Shown: positions 16,097 through 24,210 of the stretch, piece by piece
Layout of the letters: each line of letters starts with the position of its first letter
How positions within the stretch are numbered: the stretch's first letter is position 1
Origin: Minisyncoccota bacterium
GTDB lineage: Bacteria; Patescibacteriota; Minisyncoccia; UBA6257; 2-01-FULL-56-20
Assembly: GCA_035541855.1 (NCBI GenBank)
Contig: DATKMM010000031.1
Span: forward strand, 1-37,570
DNA: 37,570 nt
Direction: 5' to 3'
Translations under genes and position numbers: made by a program
Notes under the pieces: model-generated
Databases searched by the model: none
What the model saw: the letters and a program-made list of their open reading frames with translations, nothing else
What the model was told of the DNA's origin: nothing

Positions 16097-17335
16097 CTAG
16101 CGATGCGCCCCGGCAAAGATCTCTTCGAACACGAGCGCGAGCCTCCCGGGGTCGTGCACTAATTGGCCGTTGACCAGCTTGGCGACCGGCCGCGGGACCT
16201 CGAACGACGGGCCGCCGGGCTCTATCTTCTTTTCCGGAAGCAACCCCTTCATAACCTCATCGGGAAAGCAGGTCGTATCCACGATAACATGGGTCGGATA
16301 CTGTCCGGTCGCCTTCCGGACGCACCAGACGACGTCGGCCGCCGTGCAAGGAGTCTCAAACCGCGTCTCCCCGATCTTTGTCATGAGGTTCATGACGTAA
16401 ATAAGCGGGGTTGGCGGCGCGGCAACCATTTTTTCCCGCAGGGCTTCCCTGAGCCCGTCGGCACAGAACGGCCCGAAGAGGTTCCCATAAATGCTGCCGC
16501 AACTGAGGATGACGGCGTCGGCGTCGAGAATGGCCCGGACCGCTTCTTCCGAAGCGGAAACCGGAGGATCGATCCGAAGATCCGTGATCCGGTCGCACGG
16601 ATCGGCCAGGACGTCACGGTCCCGAAAATCGATCCGGCATTGCCCGCGTATCTCCGCGCCCGCCCGGGTCTTTGCAACGAGAGTCCCCGGTTCCCAGGTC
16701 GCCGGCATCACCCGGAAATTCCCCGGGATGCGGCAGATGATGTGCAGGGCTTCGAGCGCCAGCTTCAGGGCCAGCTGGGACGGCAGCTTCTGCCGCTCGG
16801 CGACCTTCTGCAGGGTGAACAGCAGATAATTTCCAAGCGAATGCCCGGTGAAACTGTCGCCTTCGAGCTGCTGGTCAAGAACATCGACCAGTAACCGCCA
16901 GATCCTCACGTTTTCCGGGGTTGCCTGGTCCAGACCGAAGATCCGGCGCAGAAGGCCGATGGCTCCGGCGCGGGACGAGGGGTTCTTCATGCGGCGGGAA
17001 AATCGTTCGCCGAACAACAACCTACCCAGCAGTTCCCCGAAGGTCTGCCCTCCTGCGATACTGAACCCGAAACGCATCATCAGGTTTTCGTTCAGCCAGC
17101 CGGTATCAAGCCCGCTGAAGATCCTCGTTATGTCCCCGTACGGCCCGGCGCTTTTCGTCCGCGCCGCCAGCCGGCCGGTCGAGGTAAGATACTTCCCCGC
17201 CGGATCGTCATCATCGACCGAAGTGGTGACCGCGGTCACCCGCATCGGCCGCCGCTTACTGATCATGGCGAGAGCCGCCACGACCGCTTTCTGTCCGTTG
17301 CCGCCTCCTATGGAAGCGACGTTGATCGCTTCCAT
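16097..17335 (-). CDS. YvcK/CofD-family (UPF0052, gluconeogenesis-factor-like) protein, divergent with internal insertion
   Basis: Blocks align to B. subtilis YvcK: IGGGNG, VTAVTTSVDD, GHSLGNYLL, ADAVILSCGSIYGNLFGP and IYVMNLMTKIGET. An extra roughly 70 aa lies between the second and third blocks. Confidence 0.7.
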   Translation of the reverse strand: MEAINVASIGGGNGQKAVVAALAMISKRRPMRVTAVTTSVDDDDPAGKYLTSTGRLAARTKSAGPYGDITRIFSGLDTGWLNENLMMRFGFSIAGGQTFGELLGRLLFGERFSRRMKNPSSRAGAIGLLRRIFGLDQATPENVRIWRLLVDVLDQQLEGDSFTGHSLGNYLLFTLQKVAERQKLPSQLALKLALEALHIICRIPGNFRVMPATWEPGTLVAKTRAGAEIRGQCRIDFRDRDVLADPCDRITDLRIDPPVSASEEAVRAILDADAVILSCGSIYGNLFGPFCADGLREALREKMVAAPPTPLIYVMNLMTKIGETRFETPCTAADVVWCVRKATGQYPTHVIVDTTCFPDEVMKGLLPEKKIEPGGPSFEVPRPVAKLVNGQLVHDPGRLALVFEEIFAGAHR

Positions 17336-17371
17336 GGCAAACCTCCCGTTTAAAAGTTCCTACCCTCCAGC

Positions 17372-18217
17372 TTACTTCACGCCGTCCCAAATGGGAAGAA
17401 CCTGCCGCTTGATGTCTTCCAGAAGCTCGGCGTTGCTCGCGGCGATAAACGGGATCTGCGGGCGCGAAAGATCGGGACGGTCCTCCCTGAAGCCCGACAC
17501 CAGACACCCGGCCTCCCCGAGGATCGGGATCACCGGCGTAATATTGAAAGTAGTGGCATCGGTATGCACCACGGCATCGATCTTGCCGTCAGCCAACAGC
17601 ATGCAGTTATAGATGATCGATCCGAAATTCAGCATCCGGAGCGACCGGTCGCCAAGCATGGTCATGATCTCATACCGGCCGTTCTTGCGCCGCGGCGATG
17701 CGCCCGCGATCAGCGCCTGCGGCACGCTCCGCGCCTCGGGCCGTTCGAACCGGACGAGCGGCCTCCCGTTATCGAACGCGCCCTTGCCGCGCACCGCATG
17801 GACAAACCGATGGAGCTCCGGGAAATAAAACACCCCGAGGATCGGGTCGCCATGCCGCAGGAGCGCCACCGCGATGGAAAAAAATTCGAGGCCCTTCGAA
17901 AAATTCGTTGTTCCGTTGATCGGGTTCACGATCCACTCGTACTCGCAGACGCCGCCCGCCGGCTTCGTCGGACCGGTCTCTTCCCCGTTCACGCAATGGT
18001 CCGGATAGCGGCTCTGGACGCGCTTCACGATCTCGTGCTCGATCAGCCGGTCCGCCTCGGTCACGATATCGCCGAAATATGATTTTTCCTTTTCCGCAAG
18101 CTTCCCGCCGTTGCGCATCATGATGGCCTCTTCGCCGAGCGCACGGAGGAGAACCTGGAGTTCGGCGATCTCCGCCTCCAGGTCCAGTGCCGAAGCGGCA
18201 TGGATTTTGGTTGGCAT
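17372..18217 (-). CDS. inositol monophosphatase (SuhB/IMPase) family protein, probably catalytically inactive
   Basis: IMPase-fold blocks are present: DIVTEADRLIEHEI, VNGEETG, WIVNPINGTTNF (canonical W-x-x-D-P-x-D-G-T) and FNITPVIPILGEAG (canonical W-D-x-x-A-G). All three canonical metal-binding Asp residues are Asn. Confidence 0.75.
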   Translation of the reverse strand: MPTKIHAASALDLEAEIAELQVLLRALGEEAIMMRNGGKLAEKEKSYFGDIVTEADRLIEHEIVKRVQSRYPDHCVNGEETGPTKPAGGVCEYEWIVNPINGTTNFSKGLEFFSIAVALLRHGDPILGVFYFPELHRFVHAVRGKGAFDNGRPLVRFERPEARSVPQALIAGASPRRKNGRYEIMTMLGDRSLRMLNFGSIIYNCMLLADGKIDAVVHTDATTFNITPVIPILGEAGCLVSGFREDRPDLSRPQIPFIAASNAELLEDIKRQVLPIWDGVK

Positions 18218-18275
18218 ACTTTATTCTATCGTCTTCCCGCGAAACCGCGCAAGTTCCGCCGCGCCTGAAGAATTA

Positions 18276-21200
18276 CTACAGTTTCCGGAGGCCGATCCAT
18301 ACATCGCCGCCGTCCAGTTTGGCCGCCGATTCCGCATCGAACTTTTCCGATCGCCTATATTCCACGGCCTCCGCGCCAACATCATTCTTGAGTTCCGTCT
18401 CATGCCGGCTGACCGCCTCCCGGATCCCGGCCGGCAGATCAATGGCGAGCGCGATCCTGTCCTTCGGCTCCAATCTGGCCGCCTGCCGCAATTCCTGCAC
18501 CATGCGGACAACATCGCGAAGCAGGCCTTCTTCCCGCAGCTCCGGCGTGATGACGGTATCGAGCCCGACGTCGCCGGCGATCTTCGCATCGAATACCGCC
18601 TTTTTGACGTTCACCTCGTCGGCCAAAATAGCAAGCAGGTCTTTAGAAAGTTTTAACGTGGCGTCCTTGATCATGAGCGTCGCGAGCGGCTGGCGCACTT
18701 TGATCTTCGCTTCCGCGCGCTTGGCGAGGCCGGCCGCCGCCAATTCGCGCACCGCCCGCATCCCCTCGATCAATCCCCGCTCCCCGCTCTTAGCTCCCGC
18801 GCTCTTATCTCTTGTGCTCTTAGCTCCTATCTCTTTCATAACCGGCCACGCTTCGAGATGCACCGACGCCTTGCCCCCGCCCATCGCCGCATAGAGGGCC
18901 TCCGAAAAGAATGGCGTGAACGGGGCCATCAGTTTGGTAAGCTCGGCGAGCACGAAGCCAAGCGTGGCCGACGCGGCGTCGTGATCCGCCTGGCTCTCCG
19001 GCCGCTGCAGCCGTTTGCGCGAACGGCGGATGTACCAGCGCGACAGGTCGTCGATGAACGCTTCGATATCGAACGCGGCCTCGCGGATCTGGTAGGCATC
19101 CAGTTTCTTCGTGGCCGCCGACGCCAGTTCGCCGAGGCGCGCCAGGATCCATTGGTCAAGGACGTTTTTAGGATCTTTTAACACCGCCGACGTAGCTGCG
19201 GACGTCATATCCCGCCTCGCGTAGGTTTTCCAGAACGCGAACGAATGGTAAACGATGAGATGCACCTGCCGGAGCTTCCTGCCCACTTCGTCCTCGTCGA
19301 AGTTCTTCGGCTCGCCGAACGGCGTGCCCGCGTAGAAATACCACCGGATCGCGTCGACGCCATATTTGTCGATCAGCGCGAACGGCTCGATCACGTTCCC
19401 CTTCGACTTCGACATCTTGTTGCCGAACTTGTCGTTCATGAGCCCGAACGTGATCACGTTGCGGTACGGCGCTTCATAACCGAGCGCGGTGGCGATGGCG
19501 AGCAGGGTATAGAACCAGCCGCGCGTCTGGTCCATGCCTTCGGCGATGTAGTCGGCCGGGAACGCTGGCGGGTGCGGGAGCGCCGCGCCCGGCGTTCCGA
19601 CGCCCTTTGCGGCTTTCGCGCTCCCCCCGAACGGAAAATGGTTCTGCGCGTACGGCATCGCGCCGGAGTCATACCAGACGTCCGCCACTTCCGGCACGCG
19701 CTTCATCTTCCCGCCGCACTTCGGGCACGTCAGGAAAATACCATCGACGAACGGCCGATGGAGGTCGACCGCTCCCATGTCGTCGCGCGGGACGGTCCGC
19801 AGGGACAGCTCCCTGATCTCGGCAAATTTGACGAAATCCCCCTTCCGATTTTCCTTTTCTTCGACCGCCCGTTTCTCGCTCCACCCCTCCGCAGCCTGGA
19901 ACATCGCCCAGATCGGATATTCATGGCTCACCAGCAGAATGTTTTTGCCCTCATGTTCTTTCTCGCAATCAGCCAGGAATCCCCAGACCCGCCGGCGCAG
20001 GTCCCGCAACGATTCGCCGCCTTCCGGACGTTCCTCGAACCGCGCCCGGTACGTGGGATACGCTTCAAGATACTTTTTATCGCGATAGCCGGTCAGGGTC
20101 GGACCGAGACGTATCTCTTCGATACGCTTATCGAAAAACATTTTCGCATCGGCGAGGACGCCCATATCGATCTCCTCGGTCTCCTTCGTCCGCGTAATAT
20201 CGGAACTGATCACGACATCGATCTTCTCGCCGCGCTTCGCGAGCTCTTTTTTGAATTTTTTAATGGACGCCTCCACCTGCTTCCGTCCGCGCGGCGTCAG
20301 ATGCAAAAACTTCCGCTGTCCGGAATCGATGATGTCGAACAGGTTGCTCTCCGCCTCGCCGTGTCGCATCACCCAGTATTTATTTTTTGAACCGCCCGCC
20401 AGCGTGGAAAGCTCGTCCAGGCCCGGCACCACTTCCACGTGGTCGCATGCCTTGCATTCCCAGATCGGCAGCGGCGCGCCCCAATACCGCTCGCGCGACA
20501 GGTTCCAGTCTTTCGCCTCGCGCAGCCATTCGCCGAAACGCCCCTCCTTTATATGCTCCGGCATCCAATGGACCGTCTCGTTGCGCTTCAGGAGCTCCTT
20601 GCGCAACCGGGACATCCCGATGAACCACGAAGTGCGCGCATAGTACAGGATCGGCGTACCGCACCGCCAGCAGAACGGATACTCATGTTCATATTCCTCG
20701 ATGCGCAGCAAATTCCCATGCTGGCGCAAATGCTCGAAAATGTGTTCCTCGGTGTCTTTCGCTTTCACGCACTCGCCCTTGAACGCCGGCACATCCTTGG
20801 TGAACTTCCCCTCCTCATCCACGGTATGATGCTGCGGCAGGCCAACCTCTTTCCCGAGCGCGTAGTCATCCTCGCCGTACATCACGGCGGTATGCACGAC
20901 GCCCGTACCGTCCGTCGTCGTCACAAAGTCCGCCGGATAAATTTTATACGCCTCCGGTTTTCCGAGCGGTGCCACCTCGAAGAGCGGCTCGTATTCGAGG
21001 CCGACCATCTGCGCACCAGTCAATTCATGGGAAACATCCGAACTCTCCAATCCCAGATCCTTCAACCGGTCAACCGCCGCGATGAGATATTCCCCATCGC
21101 GCTGCACGGCGCGATATTTTATACCGGGACCAACGACAAGGGCGACGTTGCCAGGTAACGTCCACGGCGTCGTCGTCCAGGACAGTACATAGATCTTATC

Positions 21201-21938
21201 GTCCGTCTTCGATAAATGGCCGCCGATGTTCTGGCCAGGTTTTAATTTAAACTTCACATACACCGATTTGTCGGCGACCTCCTTATATCCCTGCGCAAGC
21301 TCATGCGAGGAAAGCGCCGTTCCGCAGCGCGTGCACCACGGCACCACCTTATGCCCTTTATACAGCAGCCCGCGCCGGGAGATCTGCGCGAGCGTCCACC
21401 AGATCGTCTCGATATATTCCGGCGCGTACGTCACGTAGGCATTTTCAAGGTCGAGCCAATAGCCGATGCGGTTCGTGAGCCGCTCCCATTCGTCCTTGTG
21501 GATCCAGACCTGCTTCTTCGCCTCCTCGTTGAAACGCTGCACGCCGAACTGCTCGATATCCTTTTTGGTCTTGAACCCAAGCGCCTTTTCCGCCGCCATC
21601 TCGACCGGCAGGCCGTGCGTGTCCCAACCCGCGCGCCGCGGCACATGGTAGCCGCGCATGGTTTTGTACCGCAGCATGACGTCCTTCACCACGCGCGCGA
21701 GCACATGGTGCAGCGCCGGCTTCCCGTTCGCATACGGCGGCCCTTCGTAGAACACGAACTCGCCCTTGTCCGAAATGCCGCTCTTTTTCTCCAGGCTCTT
21801 TTCAAAGATCCCATTCTCGTCCCAAAACTTCAAAATCTTCTCCTCCAGCCGGGGCAGGTCGAACTCGCCGTCCAAAAAATCAGGAGATCGCTTCGCCATC
21901 CCCTTAAAATACCAGATTTTACCGGGATTTTCAAACAA
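18276..21938 (-). CDS. ileS: isoleucine--tRNA ligase (type 2) with an inserted histidine-phosphatase (PGAM-like) domain
   Basis: IleRS signatures are present: PPYANGKPALHH (HIGH-type), the editing-domain WTTTPWTLPGN, GTGVVHTA, the KMSKSKGN loop and DVWYDSGAMP. An extra roughly 205 aa (about aa 518-722) carries the RHGE and SHE motifs. The track start is TTG at 21938; an alternative ATG lies at 21899. Confidence 0.9.
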   Translation of the reverse strand: MFENPGKIWYFKGMAKRSPDFLDGEFDLPRLEEKILKFWDENGIFEKSLEKKSGISDKGEFVFYEGPPYANGKPALHHVLARVVKDVMLRYKTMRGYHVPRRAGWDTHGLPVEMAAEKALGFKTKKDIEQFGVQRFNEEAKKQVWIHKDEWERLTNRIGYWLDLENAYVTYAPEYIETIWWTLAQISRRGLLYKGHKVVPWCTRCGTALSSHELAQGYKEVADKSVYVKFKLKPGQNIGGHLSKTDDKIYVLSWTTTPWTLPGNVALVVGPGIKYRAVQRDGEYLIAAVDRLKDLGLESSDVSHELTGAQMVGLEYEPLFEVAPLGKPEAYKIYPADFVTTTDGTGVVHTAVMYGEDDYALGKEVGLPQHHTVDEEGKFTKDVPAFKGECVKAKDTEEHIFEHLRQHGNLLRIEEYEHEYPFCWRCGTPILYYARTSWFIGMSRLRKELLKRNETVHWMPEHIKEGRFGEWLREAKDWNLSRERYWGAPLPIWECKACDHVEVVPGLDELSTLAGGSKNKYWVMRHGEAESNLFDIIDSGQRKFLHLTPRGRKQVEASIKKFKKELAKRGEKIDVVISSDITRTKETEEIDMGVLADAKMFFDKRIEEIRLGPTLTGYRDKKYLEAYPTYRARFEERPEGGESLRDLRRRVWGFLADCEKEHEGKNILLVSHEYPIWAMFQAAEGWSEKRAVEEKENRKGDFVKFAEIRELSLRTVPRDDMGAVDLHRPFVDGIFLTCPKCGGKMKRVPEVADVWYDSGAMPYAQNHFPFGGSAKAAKGVGTPGAALPHPPAFPADYIAEGMDQTRGWFYTLLAIATALGYEAPYRNVITFGLMNDKFGNKMSKSKGNVIEPFALIDKYGVDAIRWYFYAGTPFGEPKNFDEDEVGRKLRQVHLIVYHSFAFWKTYARRDMTSAATSAVLKDPKNVLDQWILARLGELASAATKKLDAYQIREAAFDIEAFIDDLSRWYIRRSRKRLQRPESQADHDAASATLGFVLAELTKLMAPFTPFFSEALYAAMGGGKASVHLEAWPVMKEIGAKSTRDKSAGAKSGERGLIEGMRAVRELAAAGLAKRAEAKIKVRQPLATLMIKDATLKLSKDLLAILADEVNVKKAVFDAKIAGDVGLDTVITPELREEGLLRDVVRMVQELRQAARLEPKDRIALAIDLPAGIREAVSRHETELKNDVGAEAVEYRRSEKFDAESAAKLDGGDVWIGLRKL

Positions 21939-21943
21939 AAAAA

Positions 21944-23653
21944 CTAAATTCTTTCCGGCGTTTTGATGCCAAGCAGGGCGAGGCCGTCCGCGAGCGTGCG
22001 GGCGGCGATAGCGGCGAGCGCGAGGCGCGAGGCGCGGCGGGAGGCGCTTTCGTCCTTCAGGATAGGCGTGGTCTCGTAGAACTTGTTCGCCGCGACGGCA
22101 AGATTATAGAGATAGGCCGCGAGGATGCTTGTCGCATACAGCTCGCCGGCCCGCGCGACGGCGTTCGGAAACCCGAAGATCTTCCGCATGAGCGCGAGCT
22201 CGTCCTCCGAATCAAGCCCCGCGAAACTGCGCCGCGCCGCGGACCGTTCCGCTTTCCGCAGAACGCTTTTCAACCGCGCGTAGGTATACTGCAGATACGG
22301 CGCGCTATCGCCGGTAAAATCAAGCATCTTGTCCCAGTCGAAAACGATGTCTGTCATCCGGTTTTCCCTGAGGTCGTTGTACTTCAGCGCGCCGATGCCG
22401 ACCGCCTCCGCGACCTCGTCCTTTTCCGCGTCGGACAGGTCCCGCGCCTTTTCCCCGACGATCTGCCGCGCAAGCGTCCTGGCTTTCAGGATAGCATCCT
22501 TCAGCGAGACCGTCCGCCCTGCGCGCGTGGAAAGCTTCTTGCCGCTTTCCCCGAGCACCAGGCCGTATTTAACATGCTTTAATTCCGCGGAGTCCATGCC
22601 AAGTTTTTTCGCGACGGCGAACAACTGCTCGAACTGCAGGGTCTGCTCGTTGCCGATGACATATAAAATCTTCGCCGGTTTGTATTTTTTGAGGCGATAC
22701 GCCAGGTTCGCGATGTCGCGCGTCAGGTACAGACTGGCCCCGTCCGATTTCTCGATGAGCGCCGGCGGCAGGTTGAACTCATCCAGCCGCACGATGAGCG
22801 CGCCTTCGCTCCGCTCCGCGATACCCCTCTCCAGCAGTTCCCGCGCTATCTTTTTCAATTCGCCCTCGAAAAAGCTTTCGCCGACCCAGACGTCGAAATC
22901 CGGGACGCCAAGCGCCGCATACGCACCCTTGAGCTCTTCGACCGATCTGCTCCTGAACTGCTCCCATAGTTTCCGGTTCTCCGCATCCCCCGCCTCCAGC
23001 TTCCTGAACTCCTCCTGGGCCTGCCTTTCGAGCTCCGGATCCGTTTTCGCCTCTTCATGAAAACGGACGTAGAGCTTCTGCAGCTCCTCGATCGGATCCT
23101 CCCCGATCGCCGCCTGGTCGCCCCACCGGCGGTAGGCCACGATCAATTTGCCGAACTGCGTCCCCCAATCGCCGAGATAGTTCCAACGGATGACGCGGTA
23201 TCCCAAAATTTCGAAAATATTCGCCAGCGCATCGCCGATGATCGTATTCCGCAGATGCCCGACGTTCAGGGTCTTCGCGATGTTCGGCGAAGAATATTCG
23301 ACGATGACCTTTTTCCCGGCGCCGATATTGCCCGCCCCGAACTTCCTGTCCCGCGCGACGCGGGCGAGCTCGTTCTGCAGGGTCTTTTTGCTGAGCCAAA
23401 AATTGATGAAGCCCGGCGGCGCGGCCTCCACTTTCCCGAAAAATCCCGCCGGAGCGTTTTTTGCGATCGCCGCGGCAAGCTCGCCGGCAAGCGCCAGCGG
23501 CTTCTTCCCGCGCGCGGCCGCGAGCCGCATGGCGATGTTCGTGGCATAGTGCCCGAACTCCGGCACTTCCGGGACCGTCAGGCGGGCATCGACCGGCTCG
23601 CCGACCGCCTCCGCGATGCACTCCGCGATGATAGAGGTAATGTCATTCGTCAT
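21944..23653 (-). CDS. argS: arginine--tRNA ligase
   Basis: VEYSSPNIAKTLNVGHLRNTIIGDAL, the KLSTRAGRTV (MSTR-type) loop, and a C-terminal DALR anticodon-binding region. Confidence 0.9.
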   Translation of the reverse strand: MTNDITSIIAECIAEAVGEPVDARLTVPEVPEFGHYATNIAMRLAAARGKKPLALAGELAAAIAKNAPAGFFGKVEAAPPGFINFWLSKKTLQNELARVARDRKFGAGNIGAGKKVIVEYSSPNIAKTLNVGHLRNTIIGDALANIFEILGYRVIRWNYLGDWGTQFGKLIVAYRRWGDQAAIGEDPIEELQKLYVRFHEEAKTDPELERQAQEEFRKLEAGDAENRKLWEQFRSRSVEELKGAYAALGVPDFDVWVGESFFEGELKKIARELLERGIAERSEGALIVRLDEFNLPPALIEKSDGASLYLTRDIANLAYRLKKYKPAKILYVIGNEQTLQFEQLFAVAKKLGMDSAELKHVKYGLVLGESGKKLSTRAGRTVSLKDAILKARTLARQIVGEKARDLSDAEKDEVAEAVGIGALKYNDLRENRMTDIVFDWDKMLDFTGDSAPYLQYTYARLKSVLRKAERSAARRSFAGLDSEDELALMRKIFGFPNAVARAGELYATSILAAYLYNLAVAANKFYETTPILKDESASRRASRLALAAIAARTLADGLALLGIKTPERI

Positions 23654-23692
23654 GGCTTTGCCCCTGGATTATATCGTTTTTCCATCTCCTTG

Positions 23693-23698
23693 TATAAT
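23693..23698 (+). promoter_or_regulatory. -10 box (TATAAT) positioned for leaderless smpB mRNA
   Basis: TATAAT at 23693-23698, a 6-nt gap (GGAGGC), then ATG at 23705. Confidence 0.4.
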
Positions 23699-23704
23699 GG
23701 AGGC

Positions 23705-24139
23705 ATGGCAAAGCCGATCGCGGAAAACCGGCGGGCGCGGTTCGACTACGAAATATCCGGCACCTATGAGGCCGGCATCGAACTGCGCGGCCATGAAGTG
23801 AAAAGCGCGAAGATCGGCCGGTTCCAGGTCGCCGGCGCCCGCGTGCTCATCCGCGGCGGCGAAGCATACCTCGTGAACGCCCACATCCCGCCTTACCAGC
23901 CCAAAAATACGCCTGATGGCTATGAAGAGGACCGCGCCCGGCGGCTGCTGCTCACGAAGGCCGAGATCAAAGAGCTGACCGGCGCCCTGCGGGAAAAGGG
24001 ACGCATGCTCATTCCCCTCCGCGCGGCCGTGAAGCGGGGGCTCGTCAAGATCGAACTCGGCCTTGCGCGACCGCGCAAAAAATCGGACCAACGGGAGGTC
24101 ATCCGGAAGCGTGCGCACCGGCGCGAGATGGCCGCGTGA
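23705..24139 (+). CDS. smpB: SsrA-binding protein SmpB
   Basis: MAKPIAENRRARFDYEI...GIELRGHEVKS...LLLTKAEIKEL...G..LIPL...IELGLARPRKKSDQR is the canonical SmpB pattern. The long upstream extension of the track ORF (from 23057) is antisense to argS and was discarded. Confidence 0.9.
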   Translation: MAKPIAENRRARFDYEISGTYEAGIELRGHEVKSAKIGRFQVAGARVLIRGGEAYLVNAHIPPYQPKNTPDGYEEDRARRLLLTKAEIKELTGALREKGRMLIPLRAAVKRGLVKIELGLARPRKKSDQREVIRKRAHRREMAA

Positions 24140-24210
24140 CGCTGGCGCCGCGCCGCGTTGTGTGATAGAAAGAAAGAAGAGGCAGTTCATCATAATCAAA
24201 GGGGAATAAC

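Noticed and set aside
23057-23704. Upstream 216 codons of the track ORF containing smpB
   Set aside because: This part is antisense to argS and Arg/Pro-rich. The SmpB family N-terminus (MAKPIAENRRARFDYEI) begins at the ATG at 23705, which sits 6 nt after a TATAAT box.
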